Source: a virus. From it: a DNA stretch of 64,000 nucleotides. A model generated the notes under the pieces. It was not told the origin of the DNA and did not search any database. It saw only the letters and a list, made by a program, of their open reading frames with translations. The stretch is taken from positions 1 to 64,000 of IMG/VR virus record IMGVR_UViG_3300044716_001642; one strand, written 5' to 3'. How positions within the stretch are numbered: position 1 is the stretch's first letter; the number at the start of each line of letters is the position of its first letter. Positions 24,102 through 33,339 of this stretch are shown piece by piece. Position numbers and translations under genes: made by a program.

Positions 24102-24710
24102 TCAATAATCTATATTGAATATCTCAGGCCATATTCTTTCTATGCTCCATGGCATATGAGTATTCCAATTATATGAATTCAAAAGATCCATATAAAATTC
24201 CCTTGGTCTATTCAGTATGTTTTGTTTATGAACTATGTACTGTGCTCCTGAAGCGTAAACGAAATATTGTTTTGAACTATTGAAGGTTTTATAATGTAAG
24301 TCTTCAGCATAAACACCTAAGCCTGAAAGAAAAGATTGATCTTCTTTCAATATTCGATTAGCCAATGAATAACAACCCTCTGAGAATTTATTCAATTCGC
24401 CGGCGCATTGTGGAAAATCATTCACCAATCTAATAACTTCTGGACAATGATCAAATGGATTACCTTGAAGAAATATATTCCAAGTAGCAAGATTATTATA
24501 GTTATTAACTATGTGATGTAAATAAGTATGAGCTTCTCTTCCAATATTTTCTAGATGATAAACTTTTAGCTGATAAAGTTCTCTACCTTCTTTCAGAGAC
24601 AAGGCTTGTTCATCTAATGCAGATCCCTTATTGTAAATTACTACATTAGTAAATATACCATCTAGCCAAAGCAAATCTTCATTGTATCTTGAGACAATAG
24701 TAGTAACCAT
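24102..24710 (-). CDS. DUF3431 family protein
   Basis: IVSRYNEDLLW, LENIGREAHTYLHHIVNNY, FLQGNPFDH. Confidence 0.8.
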   Translation of the reverse strand: MVTTIVSRYNEDLLWLDGIFTNVVIYNKGSALDEQALSLKEGRELYQLKVYHLENIGREAHTYLHHIVNNYNNLATWNIFLQGNPFDHCPEVIRLVNDFPQCAGELNKFSEGCYSLANRILKEDQSFLSGLGVYAEDLHYKTFNSSKQYFVYASGAQYIVHKQNILNRPREFYMDLLNSYNWNTHMPWSIERIWPEIFNIDY

Positions 24711-24998
24711 AAAATTAATCTAATCAACTTTATGTATTACACGGAAATTTATTTAAAGAAACAACTGAAAACAAATCCAAAAAATTAATCCAAGAATATA
24801 ATATACTACATCTTCATTAGCATTGTTAATCATAATACTTATATTTGTCTTTATATGTTATAATCAAAAAGAAAGGGACCAGGTCGGGACGGCTACCACC
24901 CCGCCCAACACAGTGGGAACCATATATGGCAACAACCACGGAGCCATACCAACCACCCCACCGTCGCCAAAGAACCTGGCGCTGGTCCCAAATTAAAA

Positions 24999-25619
24999 TT
25001 ACCTGCTGCCGAATCCTTGTGTTTTTATATTCAAGGATTGTAAGCTATTTGTATTTCCGCATTGCCCATCGGGAAAAACATTGAATGCTATTGTATATCT
25101 TGGCGTATCTGATTGATGCACCAGAACTTTATGCAAAAGATTAGATGGGAAAAGTATCAATGCGCCAGCTTCGGGTCTTACTGTAATAACGTCATCATGT
25201 CGGGATAAAAATGGAGACTTGTACCAAATCGGAATATTATTGGTAAAAAATTCAGTTTCTCCTCCTTCGCCAGGTTTCGCGGAGGTAAAATAAAATACTC
25301 CGCTCATGAATGAGTTAGGATGAGAGTGCAAATGGTGAGACTCTCCCTTGGTTGATTTATTAGCCCATGACTGAGTAATGACCAGGTTTTCTACTTCTAG
25401 GAATGCTATGTCTGATTTCGCTTCTTGAATGCAGTCAAGAAACCACAAATGTATATCTTTAAATCCTTCATGATTGTATAGGTCATAAATTTTTGAGTAA
25501 GAGTTTAGTTTATTCTCTTGCCAATCTGTTAATTTGATTAACTCAAATGCCTCTGCATACATTTCGGGCTTAGCATTAAATTTATATATGCTATTATGAT
25601 AATAAGAAATTTTTTTCAT
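24999..25619 (-). CDS. 2OG-Fe(II) oxygenase (TIGR02466-like)
   Basis: SWAN, HLHSHPNSFMSGVFY, LILFPSNLLHKV, RYTIAFN. Confidence 0.85.
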   Translation of the reverse strand: MKKISYYHNSIYKFNAKPEMYAEAFELIKLTDWQENKLNSYSKIYDLYNHEGFKDIHLWFLDCIQEAKSDIAFLEVENLVITQSWANKSTKGESHHLHSHPNSFMSGVFYFTSAKPGEGGETEFFTNNIPIWYKSPFLSRHDDVITVRPEAGALILFPSNLLHKVLVHQSDTPRYTIAFNVFPDGQCGNTNSLQSLNIKTQGFGSR

Positions 25620-25627
25620 TTTAATTA

Positions 25628-25909
25628 TTATCTACTATAGTCTACTTTGCATTTATGGCTACCAGATGTTTGAATATATCCTACTCCTTTTACAAATTCA
25701 TGCTTTGCAGATCCATTGAAGTTTACTTTTTCAATCTTTGCTCCGTACGGCAGGTTTTGAATTGCCGAAGCCAATGAGTCACCTTTACTGTTTCCAGCGC
25801 CGATAACATAATCATAATACCTATAGTCTCCGGCTGCTGAAGCCGCTGCCGTTGATGCGAGTAGCGCCGCCGCTAGAAGTTTTACTGTAGACTTGGTCAA
25901 TGCTTTCAT
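25628..25909 (-). CDS. Secreted hypothetical protein (start revised to 25909)
   Basis: Ala-rich signal peptide LLAAALLASTAAASA. Confidence 0.6.
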   Translation of the reverse strand: MKALTKSTVKLLAAALLASTAAASAAGDYRYYDYVIGAGNSKGDSLASAIQNLPYGAKIEKVNFNGSAKHEFVKGVGYIQTSGSHKCKVDYSR

Positions 25910-26049
25910 ATATAACACTATATACCATCTTTCAAATGTTGTCAAATGAATAAAATTATATTCGTTATTTTTTATTGTATTCTATTATAGTACAAGATAG
26001 TATTAGATCTCTTGTTATTTAATTAAATTAATTTAAACTAATTTTTATT

Positions 26050-26124
26050 TGGCTCCCAGGGTAAGATTCGAACTTACGACCAACCCGTTAACAGCGGGCC
26101 GCTCTACCTCTGAGCTACCTGGGA
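26050..26124 (-). tRNA. tRNA-Asn(GTT)
   Basis: TCCCAGG/CTGGGAG end region, loop CTGTTAA, TTCGAAT, encoded CCA. Confidence 0.9.
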
Positions 26125-26158
26125 TCTTATTTATTTGGCGACTTCACGTTCGCAAATA

Positions 26159-26233
26159 TGGCATCTCCAATGGGGATTGAACCCATGCTCCCACCGTGAA
26201 AGGGTAGTGTGCTAACCGCTACACTATGGAGAC
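26159..26233 (-). tRNA. tRNA-Glu(TTC)
   Basis: Acceptor GTCTCCA/TGGAGAT, loop CTTTCAC, encoded CCA. Confidence 0.9.
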
Positions 26234-26284
26234 AAAAATTTTTCGGGCGCTTATATTATTTGGCAAAAAATGGTTCGCAAATAC

Positions 26285-26358
26285 TGGAGGTCAATCAGAG
26301 AATCGAACTCTGCTCTCAACTTTACAAAAGTCGTGCATCACCACAATGCTTAAAGACC
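26285..26358 (-). tRNA. tRNA-Thr(TGT)
   Basis: Anticodon arm CGACT-TTTGTAA-AGTTG; T-arm CAGAG-TTCGATT-CTCTG; two U-U mismatches in acceptor; encoded CCA. Confidence 0.75.
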
Positions 26359-26552
26359 GAGCTTTATTTGGCAAAAAATCATTCGCAAATACAGTAAATA
26401 TACTATACACTTATTTATTAATTTTGTCAATGGGTAAGAGTCCTATGATGGCTCCTAATAAGATCATGAATATTATTTCCATGAAGTTATTATATTAGAT
26501 AATTGGCCGGCTTATATTATTTGGGATTTTTTTGTTCGCAAATACAGGATTA

Positions 26553-26984
26553 CTATTCTGGATAATTACAGAATTCTAAACCAACATTATCGGCGTTTTT
26601 TATTCTTCTATTGAATGTTCTGTTCTTGTGACAATTACTGCAGACTACTTCGCATTTTTGAATCTCTTCTTTTACCCTATCAAGAGAGATGGTATGAATT
26701 CTATGTTGAGAAATATTAAATTCTTTATTGCCCAAATGATCAAATTCTAAAATCCAATATGGATAATTCTCTTTGCAATCTGCGCAAGATTTACTTGACT
26801 TATATTCTTGTATGTATCTTGTTATCTTGCCTCTTGCATCTATCCTTCTTTTGTCCACTTTATCTTTTTGACCCACTCCCAAATGATAAGAGATGGTCCC
26901 CTTAGAGCAGTTCAATTCTTTTTGAATATCCCTATAAGAATAACCTTCTTTCTTTAGTTTGAAAATTTCATCTTTTAATTTCAT
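26553..26984 (-). CDS. HNH endonuclease with N-terminal HTH
   Basis: GYSYRDIQKELNCSKGTISYH; CADC...EFDH...CEVVCSNCH. Confidence 0.85.
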   Translation of the reverse strand: MKLKDEIFKLKKEGYSYRDIQKELNCSKGTISYHLGVGQKDKVDKRRIDARGKITRYIQEYKSSKSCADCKENYPYWILEFDHLGNKEFNISQHRIHTISLDRVKEEIQKCEVVCSNCHKNRTFNRRIKNADNVGLEFCNYPE

Positions 26985-27019
26985 TTAAATTATTTATTCT
27001 AATATTCAACTTGAAGAGT

Positions 27020-27105
27020 CGGGTGGCTGAAGTGCCGACCTCCATACCATTCCTGGTACCGCTAGTTTTCAAGACTAGGTCTAGAGCCGTCTAGATTAAC
27101 CACCC
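27020..27105 (-). tRNA. tRNA-Ser(TGA)
   Basis: GGGTGGT/GCCACCC, G73, loop CTTGAAA, long variable arm; atypical T-loop GTCGGCA. Confidence 0.8.
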
Positions 27106-27119
27106 ATATATAATAAACT

Positions 27120-27204
27120 CAGGCCGGGAAGGATTCGAACCTTCGGAACCTTTCGGTTCTGCAGTTTAGTAAACTGCTGCAATCGGCCGCTCTGCCACCG
27201 ACCC
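27120..27204 (-). tRNA. tRNA-Ser with anticodon ACT
   Basis: Anticodon arm GCAGT-TTACTAA-ACTGC; long variable arm GAACCGAAAGGTTC; TTCGAAT; G73. Confidence 0.85.
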
Positions 27205-27273
27205 ATGAACTATTAAATTAATTTTTATTTATTCAAACTTATTGTACTTCTTCATTACACTCATTTATTATAC

Positions 27274-27456
27274 TCAGTCTTCTTTATTAGTCCAAATTTT
27301 ATTCCCACCAAGATCATCATACTTGATTGAGAGAAGCATGCAGTTATGATAAAGGTGGTAGGCAAAGCCGGCCGGGATTCTCCAAAAAATGTCCCCAAGA
27401 TAATAGAATAGATAAGCTAATAGAGTATAGTATAAAGAAGATATAGGTTTCAACAT
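27274..27456 (-). CDS. Small hypothetical membrane protein
   Basis: Hydrophobic 60-aa ORF. Confidence 0.5.
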   Translation of the reverse strand: MLKPISSLYYTLLAYLFYYLGDIFWRIPAGFAYHLYHNCMLLSIKYDDLGGNKIWTNKED

Positions 27457-28145
27457 ATTTTTTTAATTTTAATTCTTTTTATTTAATTTAAATTAATTTT
27501 AATTCGAGTTTATGAGGTTTTGCGTATAGAGGCCGTATCGGCCCTAGGGAAAAAGTTCATTCGCCGCCATGAATTTTCTATTTTAATTAATTTTTATTCA
27601 GGTTTATTCAGTAAAGTTCCGCCCACTTTAGCACTATAAAGGCTTTTTAGCTGTAGGTAAAGAAGAAAATGCCGTAGGATAAGAAGAATATTCTTTTGTA
27701 TAAAATTATTTTTGGTATTTTTTGCTTGACTATTGTATAAAATTATAAAAATCGAAATATTATTAATCAATTTTTATTATTTACATTAGTATATAACATT
27801 ATCTTGTTTATTCTCTATTATTCTCTATACTTATACTCTCTTTTATTTGTGTTTATTTTGCCCTATAATTTTGTGCTATTTTCCCTAGTGTAGAGGGGTA
27901 TTTTTGGTGTTGAATTTTGTGGTATTTTTCTTAGGGTTTTCCGTAGGCTTTTCCTATCGAAATAGGGTGGCTATATTGTGGCAAAATGTGGATAAAAAAT
28001 AATACAGCGGCGAAGTTTTTAAATTTATACAAATAAAATCTTTTATATATATAGTAAGCGGTTGTATTATATATTTTAATTAATTGATTTATACGTTATA
28101 ATATGTGTAATTGGTGATATACCTCTTCAATAAACGCATTTACAT

Positions 28146-28727
28146 ATGATATATAATTTAAACCATTTAACTCAGTTGCCAGACCAAGATGTAGTAGGTC
28201 CGATTCAAGATGATGAAGCTTTAACATTATTTGGCATAATTAAAGTAATGAGACTGAAACGCATTGTTGAAATCGGTGCTCACTCAGGGTATTCAGCTAA
28301 AAATTTTTTGGAAGCAGTTGGTGATGGTGGACACGTTATTGGAATTGATATTTTTCCGACGCCAAAGTGGAGCGAAAATCACACCACTATTATTAAAGAC
28401 GCGAGATTAGTTACATCGGAAGAGATTCCTTGGGAAATCGATTTATTATTTTATGACTGTCACGATTTGGAAGCCTCCATGCAGTTTCATTCAAATATGG
28501 TAAAAAATAACAAGATTACCAAAAGAACAATTTTAGCACTGCATGATACAAATTTACATCCTGGAGGAGTAATGCATCAACCTGTTGAAAGAAAAATGGT
28601 GAATTTGCTAGTGGAGCAAGGATGGAGCGCTATATGTTTGCATACAAGATCAGAAGATCATGACGCATCACTTCCATTTCGTCATGGGCTCACCTTAATG
28701 CAGCAATTTGTACCGCTTGAAACATGA
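28146..28727 (+). CDS. Class I SAM-dependent methyltransferase (Methyltransf_24-like)
   Basis: IVEIGAHSGYS, VIGID, IDLLFYDCH, LALHDT. Confidence 0.8.
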   Translation: MIYNLNHLTQLPDQDVVGPIQDDEALTLFGIIKVMRLKRIVEIGAHSGYSAKNFLEAVGDGGHVIGIDIFPTPKWSENHTTIIKDARLVTSEEIPWEIDLLFYDCHDLEASMQFHSNMVKNNKITKRTILALHDTNLHPGGVMHQPVERKMVNLLVEQGWSAICLHTRSEDHDASLPFRHGLTLMQQFVPLET

Positions 28728-29713
28728 AGGTAAAAATCGTAGGATGTGGGCTTTCTGGAATAACTGCTGCTATAATAGCCAAGCGCGCTGGGCATGATGT
28801 TGAGATTTTTGAATCCCGACCTCATATTGGCGGCAATTGTTATGATAGTAGTACAAATGGCGTACTATTGCATAATTATGGACCTCATATATTTCATACT
28901 GATGATGAGGAAGTATTCTCTTTTTTGAGTAGATATACTGAATGGACTCCTTTTCTGCTTAGGCCAGTTGGCAATACTTATCTTGGAAAGATATCACTAC
29001 CCTATAGTAAAAAAACTATTCAACAAATAGGTAGAGAATTAAATGAAAAAGAAATTGTTGAATTTTTATTCAAAGACTACTCTGAAAAACAATGGGGGGT
29101 TCCATTTGAGAAAATTTCCTCCGCGATTACTGGAAGAATACCAAAAACAAAAGACTGCGAAGATCCAACTTGGTTTGAGGGACAGAAGTATCAATGTATA
29201 CCTAAGAATGGATACACCTACATGATGAATAATATGCTTGACGGCATAAAGGTCAACCTTGGCGTTGAGCAATCAGAATGGAGAAAACACAAAGCCGATT
29301 TAACTATCTATACTGGAAAGATAGATGAGTATTATGGAAATCAATACGGGCAACTTCCCTACCGGTCTTTAACCTTCAATCATACCGTCACCAGCAAAAA
29401 GCAAGAGACTTTTGTTATTAATGATAATACAAAGTATAATGACTATACAAGAAAATATGATCATAGCTATTTTACTCCTGATCATAAGGGTGTTACTATA
29501 ATTACCAGAGAGTTTCCAAAAGTCTATGAGGAAGGCGATATTCCTTTTTATCCGATTACCTTTGGAGATGGGGTTAAAACTTACGGAAAATACAAAGAGC
29601 TTGCTGATTCTGAAAAAGATGTATTATTCTTGGGAAGATTGGCTACTTATAAATATTTAGATATGTGGATGGCTATTAAGCAGGTGATGGTCAAGTTAGA
29701 AGGATTAAATTAA
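28724..29713 (+). CDS. glf: UDP-galactopyranose mutase
   Basis: VGCGLSG, HIGGNCYD, YGPHIFHT, YSEKQWG, YTGKID, LPYRSL, GRLATYKYLDM. Confidence 0.92.
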   Translation: MKVKIVGCGLSGITAAIIAKRAGHDVEIFESRPHIGGNCYDSSTNGVLLHNYGPHIFHTDDEEVFSFLSRYTEWTPFLLRPVGNTYLGKISLPYSKKTIQQIGRELNEKEIVEFLFKDYSEKQWGVPFEKISSAITGRIPKTKDCEDPTWFEGQKYQCIPKNGYTYMMNNMLDGIKVNLGVEQSEWRKHKADLTIYTGKIDEYYGNQYGQLPYRSLTFNHTVTSKKQETFVINDNTKYNDYTRKYDHSYFTPDHKGVTIITREFPKVYEEGDIPFYPITFGDGVKTYGKYKELADSEKDVLFLGRLATYKYLDMWMAIKQVMVKLEGLN

Positions 29714-29714
29714 T

Positions 29715-30254
29715 TTAAATTCTTTTAAATGTATGTCCCTTATGTGACTTTGCCCGCCCATTTACGCAACGATAAACTGAAACATTACAAAACCCTTCGC
29801 TTTCAATGTTTGTTCTGCCCTTTAGTACTTTTACCAATTCGCCATTTTTATAAACCTCTATAGCCCCCTTGTAAACTTTGCTAGATTCACCAAATTGAAA
29901 TAGGTCTAAAAGATTATTTTGAACGGCATGTTTATGGTTTTCTTCAAAAGTATTCCACTCTAAATTTTGTATCCTATTGTCAGTCTTTATTGCGTTTTTA
30001 TGATTTACCGTTTCTTTATTGGAAGGATTAGGGATGTATTGTTTAGCAACAATTCTATGCAATGGGGTTCTATTACATTTATTACCATTTATCCTATATA
30101 GGCTGAAACAAAGATAGCCAGCATCTAAGTAGGGTTTTAATATTTTTAATTTTGTTTTGCTCCTCACTTGGACATAAGGACTTTCATCAATCATCTTGAT
30201 TTCATATCTGCCTTCATGTCCTACAATATCTGACCATTCTTCTGGATTGTTCAT
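29715..30254 (-). CDS. HNH homing endonuclease (NUMOD4/HNH type)
   Basis: GYL, LHRIVAKQYIPNP, VNHKNAIKTDNRIQNLEW. Confidence 0.88.
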   Translation of the reverse strand: MNNPEEWSDIVGHEGRYEIKMIDESPYVQVRSKTKLKILKPYLDAGYLCFSLYRINGNKCNRTPLHRIVAKQYIPNPSNKETVNHKNAIKTDNRIQNLEWNTFEENHKHAVQNNLLDLFQFGESSKVYKGAIEVYKNGELVKVLKGRTNIESEGFCNVSVYRCVNGRAKSHKGHTFKRI

Positions 30255-30267
30255 AATAAGAGGGTGA

Positions 30268-30510
30268 TTATTCTGATTGAGAGATTTTTTTATATGGACA
30301 AATTTGTGTTTTGCATTTTTGAAATTTACTACAAAATTGACATAGTGGATCTGCTTGTTCAGAAAAATTATACATATTAACGGCGGCAGTGAAGTTTTTA
30401 AAATCTTTACCGACTTGGTTCGCTGTTTCGCAACCTGTAAATGTGGCTGATACGATGAGCAGAGTTACAATTTTTTTAATACTATTTGTAGTTTGTGATT
30501 TTAATTTCAT
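30268..30510 (-). CDS. Putative lipoprotein
   Basis: Lipobox-like LLIVSATFTGC. Confidence 0.55.
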   Translation of the reverse strand: MKLKSQTTNSIKKIVTLLIVSATFTGCETANQVGKDFKNFTAAVNMYNFSEQADPLCQFCSKFQKCKTQICPYKKISQSE

Positions 30511-30600
30511 GTATTATTTTTAAAACTAATTGCGCCGATTGTCAAGGGTTATTGATAAGGATAAAATAGAAATGTAGCTTAGTGTGGTGTAATATAGAGT

Positions 30601-31377
30601 ATGGATAAACTTCAATTAATAAAACTGGTAGAAGAGGGTTCGACTCACAGAGAAATTGCACAAAAAATGAACTGCGCGCAAAGCACGGTTAGACATTGGA
30701 TGAAAAAGTATGATCTGAAGAGTAAAAACTTTAAAGTCGGTGACAAAGAGTTTTATTCTACTGAAAGATTTTTGAATATGAATAGATTAGGTTCCAATAG
30801 AGATTTGTCATATATCCAATCATTATACGATAGCGGTTTAAGTTGGAGAGAAGTCAGTAAGGTTGGAAAAATTTCTTGTGCAACTATCTATGAAAAAGTG
30901 AGAAGTAATGAATTAAAAAGTAGAAACTTGTCGGACTCCATTAAACTAACGGCAGTTAAAAAACCAAGAAAACATTCAGAAGAAACGAAAAATAAAATAT
31001 CGCTAGCGAGAAAAAAATATTTGAAAGAAAATGGCGAGAATCCATGGAAATACAAGTCATCAGTTCATTCCTCTGTTCCGTGTGAAAAATTTAAATCATT
31101 CTTGAAAAAAAGGGGAATAGATTTTTCTGAAGAATACTTGCCACTTATTGAAAAGGGTAGATTTTTTAGAATAGACATAGCATTTCCAGATAAGAAAATA
31201 GGAATAGAGATCAACGGGAATCAACATTATAATCCAGACTCTTCTTTAAAACCATACTATGAAGAAAGACATAATTTGATTGTTGAAGAGGGTTGGATTT
31301 TGCTCGAAATCCCATCTAAAAGATGTTTTTCTGAAGCGAGTATGGAAGAGATTATCAAAAATATTGATTTTAAGTAA
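30601..31377 (+). CDS. Putative homing endonuclease (HTH + NUMOD3-like + DUF559-type nuclease)
   Basis: STHREIAQKMNCAQSTVRHW; KHSEETKNKIS; FRIDIAFPDKKIGIEINGNQHY; abuts tRNA-Arg. Confidence 0.8.
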   Translation: MDKLQLIKLVEEGSTHREIAQKMNCAQSTVRHWMKKYDLKSKNFKVGDKEFYSTERFLNMNRLGSNRDLSYIQSLYDSGLSWREVSKVGKISCATIYEKVRSNELKSRNLSDSIKLTAVKKPRKHSEETKNKISLARKKYLKENGENPWKYKSSVHSSVPCEKFKSFLKKRGIDFSEEYLPLIEKGRFFRIDIAFPDKKIGIEINGNQHYNPDSSLKPYYEERHNLIVEEGWILLEIPSKRCFSEASMEEIIKNIDFK

Positions 31378-31381
31378 AAAA

Positions 31382-31453
31382 TGTCTCAAGAAAGAGTCGA
31401 ACTTTCATTAAAGGCTTAGAAGGCCCTTGTCCTATCCATTGAACGATTGAGAC
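31382..31453 (-). tRNA. tRNA-Arg(TCT)
   Basis: GTCTCAA/TTGAGAC, loop CTTCTAA, TTCGACT. Confidence 0.88.
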
Positions 31454-31461
31454 TTATGAAG

Positions 31462-31536
31462 TGGTAGGGGCGATGGGAGTCAAACCCACTTTCCTTCCGT
31501 TATGAGCAGAGCGCATGATCGATATGCTTCACCCCT
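31462..31536 (-). tRNA. tRNA with CAT anticodon (Ile2 or elongator Met)
   Basis: AGGGGTG/CGCCCCT, loop CTCATAA, encoded CCA; lacks initiator G-C triplet. Confidence 0.8.
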
Positions 31537-31572
31537 ATAAATTGATAAGTTGCAAAATTGGTGGATCAAATT

Positions 31573-31658
31573 TGGTAGTCGAGGAGGAACTCGAATCCTC
31601 ACGCCATTACTGGCAACGGATTTTAAGTCCGTTGTGTCTGCCATTCCACCACTCGACC
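31573..31658 (-). tRNA. tRNA-Leu(TAA)
   Basis: GGTGGAATGGCAGACAC D-arm, loop CTTAAAA, long variable arm, CCA. Confidence 0.92.
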
Positions 31659-31925
31659 ATTGAATTATATCCCGTCAAAAATCTTTTCCATTTATTTTTA
31701 TAAGGTCTGGATGACCTTGTATGTGGCGCAACTCCCTCTTTTGGGCTGTTGCCGTACTTCAAATATACTACGCGCTTTTTATGCAGCTGTCAAATATTTT
31801 TCGAGATGAAAATCGGAAGTGTATAAAGCGAACCGCAACGCTTGTGTAAAATTACGTCGTAACCCAAAAAGCCAATCTCCTAAAACACTTATAATCCCCG
31901 CGCAAACTCTCAGTATTAATGCGCT

Positions 31926-32996
31926 TTAACTAGAAGGGGTATATGTTGCAGTCAGCGTTGACGAAGAAGTGTTGGTGTATCCGTCGCTGCCCTGCCATCC
32001 GGGGCACCACGTTCCAAAAGCAGGAAGATTTTCACCGTCCACTGTTATACTGACGGATGTAGGGTATCCACACTGCGAAGATTCAGCCTCAGAGGTAGCT
32101 TCGTGAGCCGTTCCAGAAAGTTTTACAAAATAAAGGTCATTTTCAACATCATGACTTAATGAATAGCTTATGCTGCATGAAATTGTATATTCAGAAGGAC
32201 CGCCAGGTGGATATGTGACGGTAGCTGTTCCTTGAGCAGATACGTATCCAGAGCATCCATTTGTATCCCCGCTTCCGGATATGCTTCCGCCACCATTCGA
32301 AGATCTACCATCAGCAGCTGATTCGGTTTCTGAAAAAGCACTGGTTAAAGTCCATGTTCCTCCTCTTAAATACGCATAGTATTTTTCTTTGCTTATTTCG
32401 AAAACATTTTGACCAGAGGTGGGTCCATTGCACGGCTCGCAGCAGCCGCAATAAACATACGGCCTATATTCATCATCGTCTGTTTTCAAAACGGGTAGAG
32501 TAAAATCTATCCCAACTGGGCAATTATTTATATAAAATTCCCATTTATTTTCATATAATTTTGTAACAAGCTCTGATTCTTTATCTTTTAAAATGTCTTT
32601 TGAATCTTCCGTGATTGTTAACGTATCTATATCATAAGTGTACTGCGAAACTCTATTATTTGTTGATGTAATATCATTTGCGTCTTTTATTTTTGGCTTG
32701 GCATGACTCATTCTCCAAAAAACTTGAAATAACTGATCAAATGTAAATTTGTAACTATATTCAGGTGATAAAACCGAAACCAGATTATCACTTGATTTAC
32801 TTGGTATACTTTCGTAAGTTGTTTCTAAATCCCAATCAGAAAAAGTATTGTTTTCTTGGTCCTTTTCCAAGATTGGAAAAGGAAAACGATTGAATTTACT
32901 AGAATTGTAGGCGTCCCATCCAGATTGACTGAATTCGGCAGTTTTCCCTTCGCTATCTTTCCAATTTGTTGTTGCAAATGCTACTTTATCTGGCAT
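31926..32996 (-). CDS. Hypothetical protein, Cys/Gly/Ser-rich C-terminus (possibly virion-associated)
   Basis: 356-aa ORF; CGCCEPC; beta-rich S/T/G tail. Confidence 0.6.
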   Translation of the reverse strand: MPDKVAFATTNWKDSEGKTAEFSQSGWDAYNSSKFNRFPFPILEKDQENNTFSDWDLETTYESIPSKSSDNLVSVLSPEYSYKFTFDQLFQVFWRMSHAKPKIKDANDITSTNNRVSQYTYDIDTLTITEDSKDILKDKESELVTKLYENKWEFYINNCPVGIDFTLPVLKTDDDEYRPYVYCGCCEPCNGPTSGQNVFEISKEKYYAYLRGGTWTLTSAFSETESAADGRSSNGGGSISGSGDTNGCSGYVSAQGTATVTYPPGGPSEYTISCSISYSLSHDVENDLYFVKLSGTAHEATSEAESSQCGYPTSVSITVDGENLPAFGTWCPGWQGSDGYTNTSSSTLTATYTPSS

Positions 32997-33035
32997 AATC
33001 TTGAATTGGTCAAGGTTTTTTTTTTATTTTTTTTG

Positions 33036-33245
33036 TTATAATCCGGTAACTGGATCTCTCAGTACGGAACCGTCCGCGCTATTATAGATTGGTTGACCGT
33101 TTCCATTGTCATATGGAAAAAATTTATCAAAAACTAAATCAAATTCTTTATAGCCCGCAGCTGACATAGGAAAATGTGCGCCGGTAATGGTAAAATTTTT
33201 ATTTAAATTACCATTGGCATTTTCTACTTTAATATTGAAGTCCAT
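33036..33245 (-). CDS. Hypothetical protein
   Basis: ATG ORF upstream of 31926..32996. Confidence 0.55.
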   Translation of the reverse strand: MDFNIKVENANGNLNKNFTITGAHFPMSAAGYKEFDLVFDKFFPYDNGNGQPIYNSADGSVLRDPVTGL

Positions 33246-33339
33246 AATGTTTTTTTTGAATTTTCTATATACCTAATATATACTTATATAAGAATATTTA
33301 TATTTTTTTTAAAAAAAACTAATACCCAGCTTATTATAT

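Larger units (their letters stand above)
26132..26544. repeat. Four more copies of the 27-bp element, interleaved with tRNA genes
   Basis: Copies at 26132, 26257, 26365, 26518, all ending TTCGCAAATA. Confidence 0.85.
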
